Assembly (NCBI GenBank): GCA_021108435.1
Contig: JAIOQY010000184.1
Location: 10,211-74,210 of the forward strand
Source: Candidatus Aegiribacteria sp.
Lineage (GTDB): Bacteria; Fermentibacterota; Fermentibacteria; Fermentibacterales; JCC-6
Length of the DNA stretch: 64,000 nucleotides
Direction of reading: 5' to 3'
This document shows positions 10,307-21,529 of this stretch, piece by piece (positions within the stretch are counted from its first letter, which is position 1; every line of letters starts with the position of its first letter). The notes under the pieces were generated by a model that was not told the origin of the DNA, did not search any database, and worked only from the letters and a program-made list of their open reading frames with translations. The position numbers were made by a program, and so were the translations under genes.

Positions 10307-11392
10307 ATGCCAGAGCGCATACACAATTTCTTCGCAGGTCCGGCTACTCTTCCATACGATGTTGTTAAAAAATCTTTTTCCGAAGCTGTAAATTTCAATG
10401 ACAGTGGAATGTCAGTTATGGAGATATCCCACCGGTCTGCCGCTTTTGACAGCATGTTCACCGAAGCGCAGAAGAATATGCTTGAGATCATGGGACTCTC
10501 GAATGACGAATACGCTGTCCTCTTCCTCGGCGGCGGAGCCAGTACACAGTTCTGTGCCGTTCCTTTCAACTTCCTCGAGAAAGACATGACTGCTGATTAT
10601 GTAGTTACCGGCGGATGGTCGAAGAAAGCTGTCAAAGAAGCTAAATTCTTCGGTAATGTGAATATCGCCGCCAGCAGTGAAGACGCGAACTTCAGTTTCA
10701 TTCCGAAGCAGTTCGACCTCACTCCCGGAGCCGCTTACGTTCATACGACCAGTAACAACACTCTTGTTGGCACCCAGATAAAGGACTTCCCTCAAACCGG
10801 TGATGTCCCTCTTGTCTGTGACATGTCCAGTGATTTCCTGTCCAGAAAACTTGATTTCAGCAAATTCTCGCTTATCTACGCTGGAGCGCAGAAGAATATC
10901 GGCCCATCCGGTGTCACCGCTGTCGTTATCAAGCGTTCATGGGCTGAGAAAGCACGCAAGGAAGTCCCTTCGATGCTTGCTTACGCTACCCACATCGATA
11001 AGAATTCCCTTTTCAATACTCCACCCTCCTTCCCGGTCTACGTCGTTGGCAACGTAATGAAGTGGATACTGGAGCAGGGCGGTCTCGAAGCTGTTGAGAC
11101 GGCAAACAACAGGAAAGCCGGGCTGCTTTACGAGTATATGGACGAGAACAGTGATTACTACAGATGCACGGTAACCGATCCTGCAAGCAGATCTCTTATG
11201 AACGTCACGTTCCGTCTCCCAACCGAGGAACTTGAGAAGAAGTTCATTGCTGAAGGAGCCGACAACAACCTCATCGGACTCAAGGGACACAGATCAGTCG
11301 GCGGCTGCAGAGCATCCATCTACAACGCCATGCCGCACGAGGGTGTCGAAGCACTTGTGAACTTTATGAAGAGGTTCAAGGCGGTAAATTAG
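10307..11392 (+). CDS. serC: phosphoserine aminotransferase
   Basis: NFFAGPATLPYDVVKK...MEISHRSAAF...LFLGGGASTQF...YAGAQKNIGPSGVT (PLP lysine context). 361 aa, typical SerC length. Confidence 0.92.
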   Translation: MPERIHNFFAGPATLPYDVVKKSFSEAVNFNDSGMSVMEISHRSAAFDSMFTEAQKNMLEIMGLSNDEYAVLFLGGGASTQFCAVPFNFLEKDMTADYVVTGGWSKKAVKEAKFFGNVNIAASSEDANFSFIPKQFDLTPGAAYVHTTSNNTLVGTQIKDFPQTGDVPLVCDMSSDFLSRKLDFSKFSLIYAGAQKNIGPSGVTAVVIKRSWAEKARKEVPSMLAYATHIDKNSLFNTPPSFPVYVVGNVMKWILEQGGLEAVETANNRKAGLLYEYMDENSDYYRCTVTDPASRSLMNVTFRLPTEELEKKFIAEGADNNLIGLKGHRSVGGCRASIYNAMPHEGVEALVNFMKRFKAVN

Positions 11393-11418
11393 AACTGATT
11401 TCTATGAGCTTTATAGTT

Positions 11419-11446
11419 GGGCGGGGAGAAATCTCCGCCCTTCTTC
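11419..11446 (+). terminator. intrinsic terminator after serC
   Basis: 9-bp stem GGGCGGGGA/TCTCCGCCC with one G-U pair, a GAAA tetraloop, then TTCTTC. Sits 27 nt after the serC stop. Confidence 0.6.
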
Positions 11447-11570
11447 AAACCTGAGATCAATTATCGCTCTACATAACCTAATAACTGTCAGGTAGTAAGT
11501 CGCCGTAAATGTTGCCTGCATCGATTATCATCCAGTCTTGTCATTGACTGTTATTAAATTCAGGTGGTAT

Positions 11571-11792
11571 TTAAAAGGAGGAAGTGAAGGTTTGAGGGCT
11601 GTTTATCAGATATCCGCCATCCGGGAGCTTCGTTACAGCCTGATAATTGCTGAATTCATCCGTTCCCTCAAGAGCGCATGTCCATAACGTGTCATTCTGT
11701 TCTGTGCAGGCAATCATCCACATCTCGCTCGATCCCCCAAGTTGGGAATAGCTCAGTATGAGCCGGTTATCAGGGATATCCAGAACAACCAC
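11571..11792 (-). pseudogene. orphan C-terminal remnant of a secreted repeat (propeller-like) protein
   Basis: The frame is open only from about 11812. There is no upstream coding continuation, and it abuts the relic element at 11841. The peptide ...NDTLWTCALEGTDEFSNYQAVTKLPDGGYLINS resembles repeat units of secreted propeller proteins. Confidence 0.3.
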
Positions 11793-11835
11793 TTCACATG
11801 ATACCGGACATCAAACTGAATCAATTACAATCGGT

Positions 11836-12066
11836 TTGTGGGGTCGTATCTTGAATTTTGGTATTTTTCTATCTATTGATTATTCTCAAGATTCTCTATG
11901 CTATGATCTTGCTGATAGTACTGTAGTGCATTCCAGAATGCTTGCAATCTCTTGTTGGCTATAACTATGTTTTATATGAGCAATATGGATAGCTTTATTA
12001 CAACCGACTTTGTTAAGCAGTTTCATTCCCGCTGATAAATTTCCATCGGATGTCTTAAGTAGTAAA
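11836..12066 (+). repeat. 231-bp direct repeat, copy A
   Basis: Identical to 15029-15259 except 12056 T versus 15249 C. Offset is 3193 bp with no indels (aligned by eye). Confidence 0.95.
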
Positions 12067-12293
12067 TGGCAGTGACATCAGGCAATATGCATGGCAAAGC
12101 CAGTTATGTCGGCTTATCGTCATAAGTAATTGTTCCAAAAACGCTGTTTTTATCGGAGTCGTTCAAGAAAATGTTCTGTCAACCGGTACCACGAGCAGTC
12201 ACGTGATACATGATACACAGCAACTGGATATTCTATTCGGAGTGATCTAGTTATAGGTGAATAACTATCACGCCAAAATTCAAGATACGACCC
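11841..12293. mobile_element. decayed RAYT/IS200-like element bounded by perfect 21-bp inverted repeats
   Basis: GGGTCGTATCTTGAATTTTGG at 11841-11861 and its exact reverse complement at 12273-12293. The interior holds the remnants of a Y1 transposase gene (see the pseudogene feature). Confidence 0.75.
11896..12255 (-). pseudogene. internally deleted, frameshifted Y1 (HUH) transposase pseudogene, paralog of 45161-46021
   Basis: 5' remnant TRSLRIEYPVAVYH / YHVTARGTG*QNIFLNDSDKN...CHAYCLMS aligns with MSRQLRIEYPGALYHVTARGNSKAAIFINDADRY...CHAYCIMDNHYH of the intact copy. Defects: start codon lost (ACT), a 7-bp duplication (tatcatg/tatcacg), an in-frame TGA, and the whole central part including HUH deleted. 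3' remnant ...NKAIHIAHIKHSYSQQEIASIL then, after a 1-nt frame change, HYSTISKIIA*. Confidence 0.75.
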
Positions 12294-12383
12294 TATAAAC
12301 TATAAACACCCCTCGAAATCCACAAGCCATTGCCTTCCAAAATCCAAAAACATATACTAGAATAAAGAAAGGCAAGATTTACG

Positions 12384-14513
12384 ATGAGATTTAAACTGTA
12401 TACATCACCATTGATAGTACTTTCTTTCATTCTCATTCCTGCTTTGTCTTTCGCCGAACCAGATTGGTACTGGTTGCATCCGACACCTACCGGAGCATCT
12501 ATCCATGAAAGCTTCTTCATAGATTCAGAAAATGGTTGGATTTCGACAGCGAACGCACTTTATATAACTCATAATGGTGGTGAATCGTGGGAGGAAGGCT
12601 TTGTTTGGCCCTGGTCTAATCCAAGGTTTTGCGATATCTTTTTCATTGATTCATTAGAGGGCTGGGCATGTGCATATGGCCTTATTCTCCATACTACAGA
12701 CGGAGGCAGCACTTGGGATATTCAAACAAGTGAATTCCAGGTATGGTTTAAATCAATTCATTTCGTAAACTCAGAATGCGGGTATGCAGTTGGTCACAAT
12801 TCTGCAGTAGTGCGCACAGACAATGGTGGTGATACATGGTATAGACAAGCAGTGTCTGATCATGGCCATACTTTTGAGGATGTGTTTTTCGTTGATTCAA
12901 CGACAGGATGGATTGCAGGCCTCAGGAGTTCCTTCTTTTTTACAAATACAGCAGGCTCTTCCTGGATTGAGCAGCCCACAGGAATTGTCCCTATTGGTAG
13001 TTATGATTTCCTCTGGTTCAATGATAGTCAGACCGGTTGGGCGGCAGCTACTACCGGGGAAATTATCGCCACCTCTGATGGAGGGGAGAACTGGGTTCAA
13101 CAGTATTCAGAATTTCATTGGCTAAGTGATTTCGATTTCGCCGATCTGAATCATGGAGTTGCTTGTTGTAGAAATTCAGGTGCGATAATCCGTACTGATG
13201 ACGGAGGAAAAACCTGGGTTTATGAGATTGTTCCGCATGAATTGGCTGATCCCCTGACGCTGTACACAATCTCATATCCTGATGCTACCACAATACTGAC
13301 AGCAGGTGTGTACGGTCTCATCTTCAGGAGAACCGATGCTGCCGGATGGGAGACATTATCCAACCATATGATTATTGAAAGTCAGAGGGGAATCTGCCAT
13401 ATCCCCACGGGCAACGTCTGGGTTTGCGGTTTGTACGACAAGATAATGCACTCTGCAGACAACGGTTTAACTTGGGAATTCCAGACTCTACCACCCGAAG
13501 TTAAAGTGCTTAACGATATATGCTTCTTGGACTCAAACATCGGATATGCATGTGGACGTAAAGAGAATGGTCAAGGTGTTGTGATTCGGACCTTTAATGG
13601 TGGAAGCACTTGGGAGATTGCCTCTCCTCCTCCTAATCTTCAAGAACTCTATTCTCTTGATTTTGTTTCGTATGATAGTGGTGTTGCTGTTGGTGCACTG
13701 GGTGAAGTCATACGCACATTTGACGGTGGAACTAGCTGGGTTAGGATGAATCCACTGACATACATGACACTAAAGAAATTCCGGTTCGGAGATGCTGACC
13801 ATGGATGGGCAGTCGGAAATAGTGGAATTGTTTTGCGATGTGATTTCTCTTCAGATTCCTGGTCACTGCAATACAGTAGCACAGATTCAGATATGTATAG
13901 CTTATTCGCACTAAACGCTGATACTGCTTGGGCTGGAGGTTGGAACGGTACAATCATAAGGACCCATAACGGTGGAGATAACTGGTACAAGATAGGTGAG
14001 ACTGGCAATGACTATCAGGATATCTGGTTTTTCAATGGGAACTACGGGTATTTTGCAGGAGGAGGCAATGTTTGGATCACCGAAAATGGTGGTAACTCAC
14101 TCTACGGATCAACAGCATCAAGAAATGGCTACGTCCGTTACTTCTGCTTCAGCGATCCGAATAACGGATGGGGATGTGGAAATAGTGGTCATATTCTCCG
14201 TTACGGAGAGGGGGGAACCAGCGTAGAGGATCAGACGACTTCCTGTATGTCCTCATCGCTTAACCTTTCCATTTCCCCAAATCCCTTCGTATCCCTGTTC
14301 TGTATATCATTCGATCTTCCTGAACCCTCGCAGGCTCGATTAAGTGTATACGACATTTCCGGTCGAGTGGTCATGGCACTGGATCTGGAATATATGAATG
14401 AAAGAGAACAAAATATATTGCTTGACGGTGCCCGGTTGCAGCCAGGTATCTACCTGGTTCGTCTCGAATACAATGGGCAGGTAAGCACCAGTTCGTGTGT
14501 CAGGCTCAGATAA
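12384..14513 (+). CDS. secreted tandem BNR/Ycf48-like beta-propeller protein with T9SS C-terminal sorting domain
   Basis: Signal peptide ...LIPALSFA. Eleven or more Asp-box-like repeats (THNGGESW, TTDGGSTW, RTDNGGDTW, TSDGGENW, RTDDGGKTW, SADNGLTW, RTFNGGSTW, RTFDGGTSW, RTHNGGDNW...), each preceded by F.D...GWA.G. C-terminus LSISPNPFVS...LSVYDISGRVV...GIYLVRLE is a type-A T9SS CTD. Confidence 0.85.
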   Translation: MRFKLYTSPLIVLSFILIPALSFAEPDWYWLHPTPTGASIHESFFIDSENGWISTANALYITHNGGESWEEGFVWPWSNPRFCDIFFIDSLEGWACAYGLILHTTDGGSTWDIQTSEFQVWFKSIHFVNSECGYAVGHNSAVVRTDNGGDTWYRQAVSDHGHTFEDVFFVDSTTGWIAGLRSSFFFTNTAGSSWIEQPTGIVPIGSYDFLWFNDSQTGWAAATTGEIIATSDGGENWVQQYSEFHWLSDFDFADLNHGVACCRNSGAIIRTDDGGKTWVYEIVPHELADPLTLYTISYPDATTILTAGVYGLIFRRTDAAGWETLSNHMIIESQRGICHIPTGNVWVCGLYDKIMHSADNGLTWEFQTLPPEVKVLNDICFLDSNIGYACGRKENGQGVVIRTFNGGSTWEIASPPPNLQELYSLDFVSYDSGVAVGALGEVIRTFDGGTSWVRMNPLTYMTLKKFRFGDADHGWAVGNSGIVLRCDFSSDSWSLQYSSTDSDMYSLFALNADTAWAGGWNGTIIRTHNGGDNWYKIGETGNDYQDIWFFNGNYGYFAGGGNVWITENGGNSLYGSTASRNGYVRYFCFSDPNNGWGCGNSGHILRYGEGGTSVEDQTTSCMSSSLNLSISPNPFVSLFCISFDLPEPSQARLSVYDISGRVVMALDLEYMNEREQNILLDGARLQPGIYLVRLEYNGQVSTSSCVRLR

Positions 14514-14789
14514 TCAATTAGCTTGTTCCAAAATCAAAACATTAATGAAGTAGATTTATCTCTTTCGCCAACGGGCACGAAGAGTAAGGACGACTACGAC
14601 TCACTCGTTGACCATTTTTGCTTCCTCATCAGCTGGAGAACGCTCATCTCTATTCTAAAAGAACTCCTGAGTTCTCAGAGTTGCTTCAATCTTATCGTTT
14701 TCCAATTGATTCCATTGGCTCTGTAGGTCTCTCGTAAAGAGGATTTCCTTAACTACTCCACTCGTTGGTGATGACGCATACGACTAAAA

Positions 14790-15014
14790 CTATGATGCCA
14801 TACCTTTGCAGTTTTTAGCTTTGAGCCTTGCGCCAATATTAGTCCAATGTGCGGTTAGTATTGTTCCATTACGCTCATAGGCTCCATATAGCAATATGAA
14901 TCTTGATTTCAAGCCGTTCCGGGAATTTTCCCGAAACAGCATATTCGTCCCAATAAAGTCTCCGATTTCTGCCTGAAACTGACCATACTGCACGAAACAA
15001 TCTTGGTCAAACAA
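14790..15014 (-). CDS. hypothetical 74-aa ORF (TTG start), possibly a non-functional remnant
   Basis: Only the ORF itself. No recognisable motif, no SD, and it sits in about 500 bp of otherwise non-coding DNA. Confidence 0.15.
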   Translation of the reverse strand: MFDQDCFVQYGQFQAEIGDFIGTNMLFRENSRNGLKSRFILLYGAYERNGTILTAHWTNIGARLKAKNCKGMAS

Positions 15015-15039
15015 CTTGTGGGGTCGACTTGTGGGGTCG
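15014..15039 (+). repeat. 13-bp tandem duplication ACTTGTGGGGTCG x2 at the outer edge of repeat copy B
   Basis: 15014-15026 equals 15027-15039. Copy A (11836) has this sequence only once. Confidence 0.9.
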
Positions 15040-15259
15040 TATCTTGAATTTTGGTATTTTTCTATCTATTGATTATTCTCAAGATTCTCTATGCTATGAT
15101 CTTGCTGATAGTACTGTAGTGCATTCCAGAATGCTTGCAATCTCTTGTTGGCTATAACTATGTTTTATATGAGCAATATGGATAGCTTTATTACAACCGA
15201 CTTTGTTAAGCAGTTTCATTCCCGCTGATAAATTTCCATCGGATGTCTCAAGTAGTAAA
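15029..15259 (+). repeat. 231-bp direct repeat, copy B (3' transposase-gene relic plus its 21-bp terminal repeat at 15034-15054)
   Basis: See copy A. Homology ends at 15259/15260, the same breakpoint as 12066/12067. Confidence 0.95.
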
Positions 15260-15302
15260 AGGGTAAGTTACCCTATCGGAAGCGGTGGTCAAACAATTAT
15301 AT

Positions 15303-17462
15303 CTAGTCGGGAAATAGATAACCCGGGGCGGGTGAAGAAGCTTCAGACAACTCAAACTGATAGGTATCAGGATTGTTCAACCATCTTGCTATCTCCATAA
15401 CTGGTTCCGGAGAATCGAGCCAGTAATCCGGGATGTAACCGACGCCCTCTTCAAATCCTGGCGCGATAAAAAGCTTGCACGGCAGGAAGAGACGGATGAG
15501 CGAGTTCGGCAACCAGTATTGGTGAACCTCTCCAAATGAACCTACACCTGCGGAATTTTCGCCAATCAGCATGGCTCCTGGTATTGACTTGGTATAATCA
15601 ATCAGGGCTTCTCCGGATGATGCCACACGTCGGTCAATCAGAAATACTGCACGGCCCTCGTAATCTCCCATTTGCCTGGGAGTCAGTTCATCACGTACAT
15701 ACAGCCAATTTCGGACAGGTTTTTCTCGCAGGCGTTCCAGGGCCTGCCGCATTCGATTAACAGTTTCTTCAAATCCTGCCGGCATATCTTCGGTTATGGG
15801 CATTGCTGCTACAGAGCCGACAGTGGCAGGTGTACAGAACATGGCGCAGTACATTCTCCACTGTGCCACGCCATTCAGATTTTTGACAAATTCCTTGGCA
15901 TATAAGCTGGACCCCCCTTGATTTCCCATTAGGTCAACGATAAACCGGTCCGTCTCGGCAAGGGCAGTCCCATTCTTTACAAACATCTGAAGATGCTCAT
16001 GATGGCTGGTGGAGAAGCTGGAAATACGAACAAGATCAATACTGTCTATTTCGGTTGCGTAGTATACGCGGTCATCCTGGTGCTTTGCCTTGCTCAACCG
16101 GCATTCATGGAGCGGAAGTGCTATCGAAACTACTGAAGCAGAATCGAAAAAGGACGATTCACTGGAATCCGAGCCTGACTCCTCTGCAACTGCAGGCTTT
16201 GCATGGAATTGGAAAGAGGCTTCAGAAGTCTCCTCACTTGTGAAGACTCCAAGCTGAAACTGCTCAACACCGCGCCTGGACAGAATCCTGAACAGCCGGT
16301 CTTCCGGACCGACATAGGTCATGCCGGGATCTACGGAGTTGCAATTCGATCGGACAACGCTGTATTCAGTCCCGGAGCCACTACCACTATTTTCAGCGGA
16401 AATTCTCTCAACGATTACATTGGCAAAGTATGGGTTTTTCCTGTTCAGAAAGCGATGCCGCTCATGACCGGCTACTCCAAAATGACCATCCTGTACATGT
16501 TCTAAACCCTCCGCAATAATGCGCTCCATGTCAACAACTGAAACCTTCTCGCTTCCCTCGGCGAGTTCAGTCAGACTATTATAAACAGCATTGAAGTCTA
16601 CTCCCTGGTTTTCCCAATACGAATAGCCGCTGTATGCATTCTCGAAGAGGTATTTCAGCATTTCAATGTCCTGAAACGCCTCATTTTCTGAAATGCTGTC
16701 AGGACACTCTCCATCTGCAGCGTAAACCAGTTCCATGAATGTTGTCGGTCGATAAAGCTCATTTATGTAGGCTGCAAGTGGGCCCTGTACTTCACGCGGC
16801 TCTGTATCACCACATTCATCGTCGTAGAGGAAGATCAACTCGTCTATCCATAGTATGCCACTTATCGAAGAGAAGAGAATAAATTTCACATCCCTCGCCA
16901 AGTGTGCATCCAGATCAAGAGATATACTGATTTCAGCCCAGTCGAAGGAGCCTTGTGGAAGCCTGGTCAGAGTGTTACTCCTGTCCCCAAACACACCGTC
17001 GTACCAGAAACCGGCATAGCAGTTATTAAACTGATTGCCTTCCTGCTGCAGATCCTGCCCTCTTATGTAAAACCTGACGGTGACAAACCTTATATCATCC
17101 GGTAGATCGACAGAAAGCGAATGCCAGCATGTGGTGGAATCGCTACCTGAGATCCTAAGACTGCTCCCTGTCACAAAGACACATGTATCCTGTTCGATAA
17201 TGTTATCTACTTCAGCCTCTCCAGTAGTAGCACCAATATCCCTTTCCATACCAGCAGGTGTGCCATCTACAAAGGTATCGAAGTCGATTGAGCCTATTCT
17301 CTCAGTAACCGTTTCATCACTATGGTCGGTATAGCTGTCAGGAAATGTATCCGCGCAAGCCGGTGCAGTAATAAAGGCATACAGCAGCACTACCAAAGCG
17401 GGTAGCATTATCGTTTTCAGAAGCATTTCCATTTTAACGCATACTCTACCCCGTTCTATCAT
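15303..17462 (-). CDS. secreted S41-family (tail-specific/C-terminal processing-like) peptidase
   Basis: Signal peptide MLLKTIMLPALVVLLYAFITAPACA (the true start may be the Met at codon 11 or 13). The C-terminal half has S41-type blocks FIVDLMGNQGGS and VFLIDRRVASSGEALIDY. Confidence 0.7.
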   Translation of the reverse strand: MIERGRVCVKMEMLLKTIMLPALVVLLYAFITAPACADTFPDSYTDHSDETVTERIGSIDFDTFVDGTPAGMERDIGATTGEAEVDNIIEQDTCVFVTGSSLRISGSDSTTCWHSLSVDLPDDIRFVTVRFYIRGQDLQQEGNQFNNCYAGFWYDGVFGDRSNTLTRLPQGSFDWAEISISLDLDAHLARDVKFILFSSISGILWIDELIFLYDDECGDTEPREVQGPLAAYINELYRPTTFMELVYAADGECPDSISENEAFQDIEMLKYLFENAYSGYSYWENQGVDFNAVYNSLTELAEGSEKVSVVDMERIIAEGLEHVQDGHFGVAGHERHRFLNRKNPYFANVIVERISAENSGSGSGTEYSVVRSNCNSVDPGMTYVGPEDRLFRILSRRGVEQFQLGVFTSEETSEASFQFHAKPAVAEESGSDSSESSFFDSASVVSIALPLHECRLSKAKHQDDRVYYATEIDSIDLVRISSFSTSHHEHLQMFVKNGTALAETDRFIVDLMGNQGGSSLYAKEFVKNLNGVAQWRMYCAMFCTPATVGSVAAMPITEDMPAGFEETVNRMRQALERLREKPVRNWLYVRDELTPRQMGDYEGRAVFLIDRRVASSGEALIDYTKSIPGAMLIGENSAGVGSFGEVHQYWLPNSLIRLFLPCKLFIAPGFEEGVGYIPDYWLDSPEPVMEIARWLNNPDTYQFELSEASSPAPGYLFPD

Positions 17463-17543
17463 TTCCCGATCTTTCCGTTACTGTTGCGATTACCAATGGG
17501 AACTCAAAACATCTCGAGAACAACGTCCTTTACTTTAGCAGCG

Positions 17544-21486
<3,943 letters not shown>

Positions 21487-21529
21487 TTAATGTCCTTCAG
21501 TGGATAAATGTTCGGCTTTATCTTGGTTA

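Noticed and set aside
14790-15014. 74-aa ORF considered as a RelE/HigB (Gp49-like) toxin remnant, with a degraded antitoxin at 14520-14790
   Set aside because: The similarity is only vague (…RENSRNG…RFILLYGAYERNGTIL…). No intact partner ORF exists. I cannot support it without a profile search.
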